Under the pieces are notes generated by a model. That model worked only from the letters and a program-made list of their open reading frames with translations, was not told where the DNA came from and did not search any database. A stretch of DNA of 64,000 nucleotides from Azolla caroliniana. Lineage: Eukaryota > Plantae > Polypodiophyta. A program made the position numbers and the translations under genes. This document shows positions 35,440 to 48,400 of the stretch, in pieces (within the stretch, counting starts at the first letter, position 1; the number at the start of each line of letters is the position of its first letter). The DNA lies in the NCBI GenBank assembly GCA_043228905.1, contig JBHGNT010000011.1:62001-126000 (forward strand), in the 5' to 3' direction.

Positions 35440-36344
35440 AGTAAAGCATAAAGCTTAGAGGTTGCTCTGATATCAGATGTTTGAGTTCAAATATGAGAGT
35501 CCAAGATAATGGAGCATGCTATGATATGGAATCAAGAAATCTAAATTTTGAAACTTAAGGTGAGAGACATAAAGGGAAAAGCAAATTTGTGCCACGAATG
35601 AGAAACGCACAGACAAGGGTGCCTGTGTTTATCAATAAGATCATAGCTTCCTCGTCTGATATCGGATTTCTATGTTCAAACATGTAAATCGAAGCTAGTG
35701 GAAAAGGCAATGATATGGTATTGAAAAATCTAAAATTTGAAACTCAGGGTGAGAGACATGAAGGAAAAACCAAACTTGTGCCACAAACGAGAAACACACA
35801 TATAAGAGCGACGATATTTATCAGTAAGCTTATAGCTTCCTTGTCTAATATCAGATTTCTATGTTCAAAAATGCAAATCGAAGCTAACGGAAAAGGCTAT
35901 GATATGGTACCAAAAAATCTAAATTTTGAAACCTAGGGCGAGAGACATGAAGGAAAAACCACAAATGATGAAGGCAGAAAGAAGAGCGCCCAAGTAAATC
36001 ATAAAGATTAGAGGTTGCTGCTCTAATATCGGATGTTTGAGTTCAAATATGCAAATCGAAGCTAACATAAAAGGCTATGATATGGTACCAAAAAATCTAA
36101 AATTTGAAACCTAGGGCGAGAGACATGAAGGAAAAACCAAACTTGTGCCACAAATGCGAAGGCACAGAGAAGAGCGCTCGAGTAAATCATAAAGCTTAGA
36201 GGTTCCTGCTCTGATATCGGATGTTTGAGTTCAAATATGTGAATCCAAGATAATGGAGCATGCTAGGATATGGAATCAAGAAATCTAAATTTTGAAACTT
36301 AGGCCGAGAGACATGAAGGGAGAAGCAAAATTGACCCACAAAGG
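35440..36344. repeat. ~188-bp tandem repeat, about 5 units (right part of the split array)
   Basis: GAGAGACAT(G/A)AAG at ~35562, 35751, 35940, 36118, 36306. Confidence 0.92.
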
Positions 36345-37362
36345 TGTTGAGAATAAAGCGTGGAATATTGCTCGGCCACAACCGAGTCTCAAGCACTCAA
36401 GATAATCAAACACACACAAAAAGATGGGAATAACATAGAGAACACAGGATGTTTACGTGGAAAACCCTAAACGAGAAAAACCACGGGAGTTCACAAACTC
36501 CAAACTATCACTATCTGAGAGGGATACAAATATATGCACAAAGGCAACGACCTTGTGCATGTAGTTCTCGCCAGGTGGCGGCTACAACCGAAAGTGCTCT
36601 TTGCAACTTTCGCTCTCTCTCTCTCTCACGCACTGTACAACAGTTGCAACTCACAAAACATATACAGCAAATGACAACACAACCACATAAAATGTTTTCC
36701 CTAGGTCATATTTATACTAATATGGCTTTAAGGCTATTTACAAATATAGCCCCAATGGGCTTACACCAACATATTTACAAATATGTCCTCTCATCCGGTG
36801 AGAGGTTCTCATTGGGTCCTCTCTATCCGATTCAAATCCAGGTACTTCTCACGGGTCTCACCGGTTCTTCTTCATCCGGCCATTGCCGAGAAATCTTCAT
36901 CCGGTCCTTGCGATCCCATCTAGAGGGTCTGTAATCCCAACAATCTCCCCCTTCACTCTGGCATGGGATGTTTGGTCAACTCAAATTGCCTCCAGCATGC
37001 GTTTGGCTTGTCGGATGTTAGCACTTTGGTCCACATATCTGACCTGTTCTCCTTCGAGTGTATTTTTGTCAGCACGAATTTCTGATCTTCTACCTTTTCC
37101 CGGATCCAGTGGTATCTCTATTGAATATGCTTTGTCGGGAATGGTAGGTCGCGTTCTTTGCAAGGTGGATGACACTTTGATTGTCGCAGTAGAGCCGATA
37201 TTCCTCTTGCCGGACACCTAGCTCTCCGATGAAGTCTTTCATCCAAATTACCTCCTTGCCGGCCTCCACAACTACCATGTACTCCGCTTCCGTGGTTGAC
37301 AACGCAATCGTCTTCTACAGCCTCGACTGCCATGAAACGACTTCCTCCGCATAAGTCATGAC

Positions 37363-38008
37363 CATAGATTGACATATTCGCATTCTTCAGCTTTCCCATG
37401 CGAATGCAAACGAATATGAATACGAATGGGTGGTCAAGTATTCGTTTAACTCAAAAAAAAAAAAAGCTTTGTCTTTTTTAATTTCCTAGGATAAAAAGAA
37501 GGAACTTAGACAATAAATAGGGATAATAAAAGAGTTTGGGGATTTGTCACTACTAAATTTTTATAATAAATGTATAACTTATAAATTATAAGTATTCCTT
37601 TTATTTTTAATAAATAAATAAAATAAAATAAAGGCTCATTAATTTTTCACTTTTTATTCCCTCAAAATTTATGGATATTTTTATTTTGACATTAAAAATA
37701 GTACTTCAAACTAATCATATATTCAATTTTCTGTATAGTAAATATAAAAATATTTGTTTTAAAAAAAATAAATAATTGATTGATTAATTAAAATAAGTTT
37801 CACAAAGTCTCTTCATACTATAATCTATTAATGAATAATTGTTCTTTTTTTGGTAAAATAAATTTATTTAAATAAATAAATAAATATTTTATATCTATTT
37901 TGCAAAACGAATGGTTTTTTAATATTCTTAGGGCCATTTCATATTCTCGAATATTGAGAATATTGCGCATGGAGAATATCACGAATATCACGCATGTGTC
38001 AATCTATG
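37363..38008. mobile_element. hAT-type MITE, 15-bp TIR CATAGATTGACA(T/C)AT, 8-bp TSD GTCATGAC/GTTATGAC
   Basis: TIR and TSD read directly; AT-rich interior; interrupts copia RNase H. Confidence 0.92.
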
Positions 38009-39655
38009 GTTATGACATAACCGGATGTAGACCAGCTGGTATCCGCATCAGCCGACATATCCGAATCGGTGAAACCATCGAGTTGGGGTTTACTAGAGCT
38101 GAATCAGAAGCACATACTCGAGGTGCCTTTCAAGTACCGAAGTATCCACTTTACCGCATTCCAGTGCTCTCTTCCAGGATTGCTCATGAACCGGCTCACT
38201 ACTCCGACTGCATATCCTATATTCGGCCGGGTACACACCATCGCATACATCAAGCTCCCAATTGCAGAGGCATATGGTATCTTCATCATATCCGCCTTCT
38301 TTGCTTTTGTCTTCGGTCTTTGCTTACCGGATAATCTACAGCTTGCTAGCAATGTCGATTCGACCGATTTTCGCATCCGACATGTTGAACCGTTGAAGCA
38401 CCTTCGTCATGTACTTCTCCTGTGACAACTAGAGTAGCTTCTTCGATCGGTCTCAGATGATATGTATCCCCAATAGCTGTCTCGCCGGACCCAAGTCATT
38501 CATTGAGAAGGTCTGGTTGAGAGCCTTCTTCAGCATCTATGTCTTGGCTTGGTCCCATCCGACGATCAATATGTCGTCTACATACATGAGCAATATTAGG
38601 AAATCTCGTCCATCAAACTTCATCACAAACACACAGTGATCGGCTTGCATCTTGTGGTACCCTTGATTGGTCATGAAGGAATAGAACTTCCGGTACCATT
38701 GTCGGGGAGCTTGCTTCAGTCCGTATAGGATCTTTGTCAACTAGCAAACCAGATGCTCCTTCCCTTTCTTCACGAATCCTTCCGGTTGCCGCATATAGAT
38801 CTCTTCTTCGAGGTCACCATGGAGGAATGTCGTCTTGACGTTTAGTTGCTCTACCTCGAGATCCATGCTTGCCACTATGCTCAACACCGTTTGGATGCAA
38901 GTCATTTTCATTACTGGGGCAAAGATTTCATCGAAATCCACTCTTTTCTTTTGTTGAAACCCCTTCACCACGATCCAGGCTTTGTATCTCGGGGGGTTTC
39001 CACCATCTCCCAATTTTAGCTTGTACACCCACTTGTTTTGGAGTGCCCTTTTCCTTTTCAACAACTCCACCAATTCATATGCGTGGTTCTCATGCAAGGA
39101 ATCCATCTCATCCTGCATGGCACTCAACCATATGCAGTTGTGGGTGTTTTTCTTTGCTTCTTCGAAGCTTTCCGGCTCCCCCCTCATCGGTTAGCAATAT
39201 GCGCTCTGCTTCTGGAAATCTCCGGGGGGCTCTTCTTTCCCGGAGAGGATATCTCTGACCTTGGCTTCCGGCAAACGGTTCCTCCGTTTGTTCCAAATCC
39301 GAATCTGATTCAGGATCTTGGCCAGTTCCGGTTTTTGCTTCCTCTTCTTCTTCTTCGGTCGGTTCAGGCTCTACTTCGAAACCGGCCTGTTCTTTGAGTG
39401 TCAACCGGCTCTCAACCGGATAGGTCCTCAGCTCCTTCAGCTGATCCTTACCTATCGACCCAGAATTCATTATCTTCTTCTCCGACTCCCAGTTGGCAAT
39501 GGTCTTGTCTTCCATGAAAATAATATCTCAACTCCGGAAAACCTTCTTGTTGACTAGGTCCCACACTCGATAACCGAACTCGTCATCGCCGTATCTGAGG
39601 AATATGCATGGCCGGGACTTTGGATCCAACTTCACTCTCTTGTCCTTCACCATGT

Positions 39656-41410
39656 TGTCGTGAAGATTCCCGACCATAGTGAGAAACCGGGAGATAAAGG
39701 AAGAATCGGCGGGGTGCACCAGGTGCACTCGCTCTTGTAAATTTGTATAGGGAATAGGGGTGCCTTTATGGCGTCGAACACTAATAAAGGACGAGATAGA
39801 GAATCCCATGTAATAAGGGATTTATCCCACATCGTTACACATCCCTCTCCTTGTTCTATAAAAGGAAGGGAGCGCCCCTTGTAAGAGGGTTCCCATTCTT
39901 TGGGTTTTGTTCCTCATTTTTGAGGTTTGTTAAGTAATTAGGTAATTAACTAGGGTTAATTAGCGACTAATTATATGGCTACGTTAAGCAGCGGAAGATT
40001 AGTATGATATGCGCGTGAGAGTGTGTGAGAGGAAGTTACACTTGAACACAAAGATAAATGGGGGATGATTGACCATATTGAAAAGTGTCATCAACATACA
40101 AAAATACCCACAATGAGGTATATATACAACCCATGTGCAACGGTGCACATGTGTGGGTAGAACATAGGTACTTATGTGTAAGTCCTACATTAAATGTACT
40201 AAGGAGTGGAGGATCTAGAATATCCCACTTAAGTACAAGGTCCTATTTAAAGGCTTAAGGTCAACACATTAACTAGATTCGATCTAGGTAACTACTAAGT
40301 TACATGTGTTGACTAACTAGATTAAACTAGTTGAGCTTGATATCTCAACAAGGTTTCATGGTTTCCTTTGTAATATAATAGTAGTCTATTTTCATTGTAT
40401 TTAGTTTCTGTTTCTCTCTCTGTCTCTGCTTCAAGCATTCTTGTTTCTGTTAGGGTTTCAAGTGTTTCTGTTTCTGTTAGGTTTCGTTCGGGTGCATGAG
40501 TGGGCGTGCGTGTTTTGTTGCGGCAGATAGTGTGGTTGTCTGCCCTTGTTTTCTATTTATGTTAGGGTTTCGTGGGCTCGACGGTGTGTGTGCGTGAGTA
40601 GGGTTTGGTAGCGGCGGGCAACGCGTGGGCTGTCTTCGCCTTTCTTGGGTTCTGTTTTGTTGGGTCACAACGCTCCGCGTTTCGGAGTGCGTGGGTACGT
40701 GAAGGTGTTGGTTTCCATCGCGGTGGTGATCCCGTACGCACAGAAGTTAGGTAGTAGATTTTCTTCCTCTTCGTGCAAGACCCATTCGAGCCGGTGATCC
40801 CGTACGCACAGAAGTTAGGTAGTAGATTTTCTTCCTCTTCGTGCAAGACCCATTCGAGCCGGCGAGCCCGAGTGCTCCTGGCAGACGGCTTGGCGACAGG
40901 AGGCGGCTAGAGTAAAGAGGTGCCCTACACGAGGATCCCGTTGTGCGAGCACACGCTGGTGCTTCCCGACCGATCCTGGGATGCGGGCTCCCTCTTCCTC
41001 TCTGTGTGGGACTGACGTCGTGTACATATATGTGCGTGTGTCTCTGGTTAGCTTAGGGTTTGGTCTCGGGTGTATGCGTTGTTGCCGGTATAGAGGAGCC
41101 AGACGTAACCAAGTGTATATGTGTGTGTGCGGGCGCGGTTAATCAGGCCGTGACCCGTGCCTCTTTTGCTTTCGGGGCCCTTTTACATACGAACCGAAGG
41201 GCAGTAAGGATGGGTGTGCGCCTTCTCACTTCGCACGCGGTCACCGGTCGCATCTGGAAAGAAACCGAAGCCGGTCGGCAAGGTCTAACCCAAACACCAT
41301 CTAGATTTGAACCGGTCGGCAACGCGACAAGCTTAGGAGAATTCGGTCCTCCGAAAACTCCACTCCTGGTCCCGCCTAGATTCGACATGCAAGCGTGGAA
41401 CTCCGCAATA
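39656..41410 (+). mobile_element. Solo LTR, TGTCGTGAAG family, 4-bp TSD ATGT/ACGT
   Basis: TGTCGTGAAG...GGAACTCCGCAATA; host frame AYVHVVKDK restored; shares blocks with 1670-3218; internal ~68-bp tandem duplication 40725-40860. Confidence 0.9.
39928..40350. mobile_element. Solo LTR (423 bp) with perfect 5-bp TSD AGGTT
   Basis: TGTTAAG...CTCAACA; AGGTT at 39923-39927 and 40351-40355. Confidence 0.88.
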
Positions 41411-41859
41411 ACGTGCACATACGCGAGACACCCAAACACCTTCAGATGCCGGTAAGACACGTCCTTACCGGTCCATACTTTCTGCGGTGTGTCTCCGTCC
41501 AAGGGTACTGAGGGTGATCTATTTATCATGAATGTTGCCGTCGACAGCGCCTCAACCCAAAACGTCTTGGGTAACTTGGCATGTACCAGCATACTCCGGA
41601 CTCTCTCCATTATGGTTCGGTTCATCCTCTCGGCCAACCCATTTAGTTCTGACGTCTTTGGCATGGTAAATTCGAGCCGGATTCCCTTCGACGGACAATA
41701 CTCCTCGAACTGTCCCCGTGATTCTCCTCCGTTATCTGCTCGAACCGCCTTCAGCTTCCATCCGGTTTCTCTTTCCACTCTCGCGTGGAGCTCCTTGAAG
41801 ATGGATAAAACCTGGTCCTTCGTCTTTAGCAGTGTGGCCCATAGCTTCTGGCTGGCACG

Positions 41860-42062
41860 TACTCATAATTCAGCGTACTTATTCGAACACCTGTTCTAAC
41901 AAATTCATCCTAACATGACAGGAGCTATATGACCATTACACGAGAAAGTGATGGGACGAGTTAAGCTTCAAGGGGGCTTTTAAGGTTATAAGAAGCACCA
42001 TCGGTGTGAAACAAAGAATGCCCACTCTCCCATACCCTCTTTCAAACTCTACATCGATGAGG
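41860..42062 (+). pseudogene. Short LINE RT fragment
   Basis: STIGVKQ..CPLSHTLFKLYIDE-like, similar to the LINE RT at ~24000-24070. Confidence 0.7.
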
Positions 42063-42187
42063 TAACAAAACAACAACACACACAAAGATTTAGATAACAC
42101 TTGTCCACATTCTTCGGTAAGTTCTTGGTCTCCCGATCTTATCTAAACAATCTACAAAATCATATGAAAGCCCTACATTTGCCCATA

Positions 42188-42459
42188 CATACAGACAGAC
42201 ATATAATCAGACAGACAAACAGACAGATAGACAGACATATAATCAGACAGACAGACAAACATATAATCAGACAAACAAACAAACATATAATTAGATAGAC
42301 AAACAGGCAGACATCTGATTTATTTCCGGTAGGGGCTAGAGACTCTGCCCTAACATTGGGGTCTATGGTCGCTCCACACACAACCACATCTTTACCCAAA
42401 ATCTGTATAATCAATCTATCGATGGGATGGAGAGATATGTCTGTCTGTCCGTCTGTATG
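42188..42459. mobile_element. Possible MITE (TA-flanked, TIR CATACAGAC) with CAGACAGACATATAAT repeats
   Basis: TA-CATACAGACAGACATAT at 42186 mirrored by ATATGTCTGTCTG..GTCTGTATG-TA ending 42461. Confidence 0.5.
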
Positions 42460-42497
42460 TACTCAGTGATGATAGAGAGTGCGTGAGAGAGATCGCC

Positions 42498-45400
42498 ATG
42501 GCTGCTCCCATCTCTCAGACCCTATTCTCCATCTCCTCCAGCACATCCAGCAACCCTACCTCCTCCCCTTTTGGTTACTCGCTGCGACCTTCTTCTAATT
42601 CTAGTAATCAGCCCAAACGTAGCACTATTGCTGCATCATATTCCGTTGCTCGACTTCTCTCCCATGAGAAGAGCAGCAGGACCTCGTGGGATGTCTCTAG
42701 CCATGGCCATAGATGCTGCTGCGTCAGATTTGTGATGAAGCCCCCTCTCAGAAAGAAACGTCCTCCACGAGCAATGGTGATAATTAGCATGGCTTCTGAT
42801 TTCTATAAGGTTCTTGGCGTACCTAAAACAGCATCCAAACAAGATATCAAGGGAGCTTATCGGAAGTTGGCTCGGCAGGTTAGCACAAAGCTAAAATGAA
42901 AATAAAATAAAATAAAAAGCTAAAATGAAAAATAAAGCTTGACAGCACAAAGCTAAAATGAAAAATAAATAAATAATTAAAAGCTAAAATGAAAAATAAA
43001 GCTTGTTTTAGTTTTCCTAATTTCATTGTTTCGATCGTCCATTAGTTGGGGCCGTTGGTCAAGTTCAGAGCAAAGAGCATTCCTGGTGCTGTCAGTGTTG
43101 ATTCTGTCCTGATTAGGAGCACTTGGAAGCTAGTACAACCTTTTAGGAAATCCTGAAAAATCATGACTGATGTTCTCATATGCGAGGAATTTAACATGGC
43201 ATGTTCTTATGTTTCTTGTATGTTTAGGCAATGTAGATCACAGATTCTCCGTTTCTGCTCAATGTTCAGCCAAATCTTAGTTTCTATTTTTATATTGTGT
43301 GTGCACTCGTCTCTGTGGTGGCACACCCTGCTCACTTCGATCGAATGTCTCGATGTGAGCTTCAGCATCGGCCTTCTGCCGTTGGTAAAATTCCCAATAT
43401 TGCGTAATTACTAAAACCTAGAAATATGTTAGGCGGTTCTCCATTTTGTATGGAGAGCTTCCAATGTGGCTGAGTAAAATATGGACTTGTGTTCTACTTC
43501 CCTATTCTAAAACACATCATCATCCTACAAACCATTTCTGGATGACTTGGACTGAACTGGGTATTTTTCTTTTTGCTTTTGTGCTTTCTCAATGGTAGCA
43601 TTCAATTTCCCATGCAGCTTTTGGGAGGCAATTTTGAAGGGATTGCCCTTACTTTTAATATGAATTTATAAAATGCTCTATGGACCTTCGCCTAGTTTTG
43701 AGAAATATTACGGACGATGGAGTTGTGCTTTTAACATCCTAAATCATTGGGTGTATGATTTCTTTTTTCTTCTTTGTATTTTATCTATTTATTCCATGAA
43801 CTTGCTGGAATACGACCTTCCCAAAACGCACCTTCATAATATAGAGTTTGCATCATGCATGCATAAACTAATATTGCTCTAATATCCATATTTGGCTTTT
43901 GCTCAAGTGGCAAGTGGTCATAAGTTCATACTATTGTGGTGTACCTGACTTTTCATTCTCCTAGTTAGTCACCCTTCCAAGTGTGATCACTAGGTCTTTC
44001 AACTTCGAGGTATTTGAAAGTCTGGAGCAAATAAATTACCTTCTCTTCATAGTACACTACTGGTTGGTGAAATTTAGATTTGGCAATGCTTACCACCATG
44101 ACTTTGGTCTTGCCACGTTGATTGCTAGGTTATATGTGCTAAAATGGCAAGATTTTAAATTTCAAGGTTGTACTCTAAAGCTTTTTCCATGTTGTAAAAC
44201 CTCTAAATGGCAATATTTTCATCACTTCAATAGTACTCTAAAGCTTCCATATACATTCAGGGAAACTCATTGGTCATGGGTCTTGGTGAGCTAATACCTA
44301 TTCCCTCCTTTGAATATTTTCTTGATCCAATTATCCTGGCAACCTCGAGGAATATCTTGTGCAATGGCCTGGTTTAATAATACAGGTAACTATTTTTTAG
44401 CAACTGGACCAGTCCATTTTAGCATTTTTTGAGCATAGTTGTATCAACAACCTTGCCATTAAACGTGTTTTTTTCCTTCTTTTCATTAACTCAGTAAACT
44501 CAAAAGCTTCCATATGGATTAAGAAAGAAAGAAAGAAAGATATATTAACGTCTTTTAAGAGGCCAAAATGGCCTATAAGACCAAACATCTCCTTGTATTA
44601 CGACATTCCTCATCATACCAACTATTTTGTATTACTCTACCAAGTTTGGGGGGATTGGCCATTGTGTGAGGAAAGGCATTTGTGGCTGCTTTATGCAATG
44701 ATTTTGACAATCCTTGGGTAAGTTCTTCAAGGGGTGCGAAAGGATCCAAATCGAGCCTGCCATTGTATACACCACAACTATACACATCAATTGTCTTGCG
44801 AGTAAATAGATACTTAGCCAGCCCACTCTCCTTAGCATATACATCCTTTGTGCATCCATCCTTTACCTCAAAGCGTAGATATGCATGATCTGCTGCCAAG
44901 CCAATAGGTCTACCTCCTTTTGGCGATGGGTCTTTTGTGCTATATAATATTCCACATATGTCATCATCAAATCATGCATTATGAGGTGGCCCTTCCACGT
45001 TTTTCTTTATGCTAATACTTATTGTGCATTCTCTAGATTTACACAATGCATTTTTAAAGAACTAGTATGCAATTCCTCTAATGTTTCACCATAACTACGT
45101 TGGCATACATTGGTTTGGGTTCCAGGTCATGTCAGTTTATTTGTCACACATATAAGGGTGTGATCAGATTTGGGTATCTATCACTAATTTCATATCACAT
45201 CTAAGGCATCGTGTTTGAAAGGGTTTAGGGTTTAATTTTGAGCAGTACCTAAACCCATCTAAACTCTTCAAAATTTTGAGCAACACCTAGTCAACAACAC
45301 TAGCTCCGTTTCTGCTGTTCAACATCTCTAATTGTTGGATGTAAGGAGGTTGCACTTATGTCAATCACGTGAGCGTGTTTTCCATGTTGGGGTCTATTTC

Positions 45401-48400
45401 TCTGCACACATATGACAAGTCAATTGTTGTATCAGTATATCTACTGAGAAATCTGGGATTTCATAAAACTGGGCCCAGGAACTTCGTAAGGGTTGGAAAA
45501 TCCCAATTGAACCACCTAGTTAGCTTAATTTCATCACTGGAGAAATTTGATTTAATTTCACAGCTACGAAGCCAGATTGCTCCTGGACAAAGAATTTGAC
45601 AGGCCACAAATATTCTTCTATTGATAATTAATAGAAGATAATACAATAAGGTAGAGTCCAAATCCTAAAGAGACAGCCAGTAGTTTAAGCCAATTAAAAT
45701 CCATACGTGGGAGCTTCCAAAATATTTTCCATTCAGCATATTAGTAAAGAGGGTAACACAACATTTTCCACTTGTTTCTTAATGCATTATCCCTTGATCT
45801 TTCATACTTGTGCAATGACGCTTTGCCATACTGCAATCATTTCTCACACCATATCAATGCAACCTTTCAAAAATTGGATGTAACTTTGGTACCTGCAAGT
45901 TCCAGAAAAGTAGATGTGATTAAATAAATGTCTGTCTTGATGTAGATTTGCAACGTTACATTTTGGGGCACATCTCCGAGAGCATTTAGGTATTTGGTTT
46001 AGATGTATTGCATGAGTAAATTAATGCCTTGTATTAGACATAGTTCTAGTGAAATAACGAGCTAGGAATAACATCAAAACAATATTCTTGGTAATTGTTT
46101 AGTGGTTAATGATCTTGGATGGCATCCATTCAATTGATCACGTGTTTTAGTTGAGATACCCCTTTTCTCCATAGAGATGTTTAAACATATCATCTCTTAT
46201 TCAGCTATGAACCATGAGGAAACATTGTTTTTTAACTTTTGTTTTTGCTAATGCTAACATCTTGGGTGGCGAATAAATATGGCTTTTGTATATTGTACAG
46301 TATCATCCAGATGTGAATAAGGATCCTGGTGCAGAGGATAAATTCAAGGAAATCAGTGGTGCTTATGAGGTCTTTAGCTATTTCTTTGATGCATATCACA
46401 TCTTAGCTATTTTGATTTATTGTATGCTGACATATTGAAAAGTATCTATATTGGTTAATAATAAATTTGTATTAAAAATGAATATCAACTGAAAGGAAAT
46501 TATAGTAATTTACATATTAAAATTCTAGCCCCAAACGTTCATGTATTCCACTACAGTTGATATAGACAGCATGCTGAAAACATCAGACCATGAATAGGAT
46601 CATTGCAATCCTCCATCAGAATAATTCTCATGCAAGTATTGAACGAAGGTAATAATGCAGTGACAAAAAAATAAAACTTGTATCTGATGATTCTAGTCAA
46701 ATAGGCTCTCCAAAAATGTCTTGATGTTACTGTTAATTACTTACATACATTTTGACACGTAATTCTTGCATATTTTCTCTATATTGCATGTTTTCTCTAT
46801 GAGAGGGTAGACAACATGTTTCTTCCTTGGATGAAATCTGTCAAATTTATCTTTTGGACTAGCCTTTTCTAAATCTAGGGATTCCTCAATTGTTTCATCT
46901 AAAAAAAGCTCTTTCACAGTGGACCACAGAAACAATATCATGCTCTCCAACTAGGGTTGCTAACCTAACATATCAGCATATTCTTGTTATGTTGTTTATT
47001 TTCATGAAAGATACTTGATGAGAGACCATCTTCTTTGATGCAGATAATTCATAAATGGCACTCACTTTGTGAATAAAGATTTCTCTGATTGTTGGGTTGA
47101 TCCATATAGGTAGAAATTGGCTAGGTTATTTCATGGTAAATTAGTTTAGGGTTTAGGGTTTAGGCACTCACTATGGTAAACTAGTTGGAATTGATGCACC
47201 AAACTGAGCTCTATAATCCAGTGAGACCAATAATTATCTCGAGTTTAGTCTTTTGATTCTACTAGCTGTATTGTAATGGAGCATCAGTGCTGTTGGTAAC
47301 TCATGATGGAGAAGACCTTTGTCTGAAATGGGATAGGAGACCTGCGTGGATCAAGTGATGAGTAAGTGATGGAATAGCTCCCTTTTGTCTTATTTTCTGA
47401 AAATCATCTCCTGAAAGGTTATCTGACCATATTTCTTCACTAGGCATTTGTTTGTTGGAAATGATATACCATTTTTGCCAATCTTTCTGTAATTCGTAAT
47501 AGTTGTAAGGGTGGAGTGATTGACTGTACTCTCATTTTCCTTGGGGTGAACTTCATGTAGGAACTATGCTTTACTTGCCACATCGCTATCTGATGTCAAT
47601 GAAACACATTCCCCATCACAGTAACTTTTTAACCTTTGCAATCTATTATCCCCAAGGACAAAATCATTCTTGGAGTAATGGATTCTGCATATCTTTGCAG
47701 TATTTCTTTACTTTAGACTTTCATAAAGGTTCAAACATTACCTTCAATTTTTTAATGCTGCATAACTTAATTATGCCACTTTGGGATAAACAGTTCCTCT
47801 ATGTCTTCATGTTGCATTAAAAAGTGTGTTAGCTTAACCTGAACGGCATGTGAAATTTAGGCAACTGGATACCATTTTTAGGATGTGTATAGAAGGAACT
47901 AAAAGCTTAATATTCATAATCTAAATTCACAGTTTTTCAGGTCTTCTAAGTTGTGTACTTTCTCTTTTGTAGCTGAAATTCTTTAACTCTGTTTATTTCT
48001 AGGTTCTCTCAGATGACGAAAAAAGATCAATGTATGACAGATTTGGTGAGGCTGGGATCAGTGGAGCAGGTGCTAGTAATGGTGCAGGAGCCTATGCTGT
48101 GAGTTGATTCCTAAATCCTGCTTATCTTTCTGAAACATTCCTTGTGCTGTTTAAGTTACAAGTTTGCAGATGGTGTTTACAGACTAATCCCTTTGACTTA
48201 TTTGAGTCAATATTTGGGACAAGCATGGGTGGGTTCAATGAGATGGGTGGCATGGGATCATCATCATTCAGAACAAGTAGGCGGGATGCAGCCGTACAAG
48301 GGAATGATATAAGGTTAAAGGAGATCCATTGCATATAGAATGTTATTAAATTTAGATTTCCTTATTGATGGCTTATTATGGGCGTTTATGTTATTGAAAC

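Larger units (their letters stand above)
36345..41850 (-). mobile_element. Ty1/copia (Tnt1/Tork-like), 5'-truncated: INT, RT, RNase H, PPT, 3' LTR; three nested insertions
   Basis: LTR 36345-36942 TGTTGAG...CCCAACA; PPT 36943-36959; RADNGGE..NGLAERMNRT; LYGLKQAPRQW..YVDDILI; STTEAEY. Confidence 0.94.
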
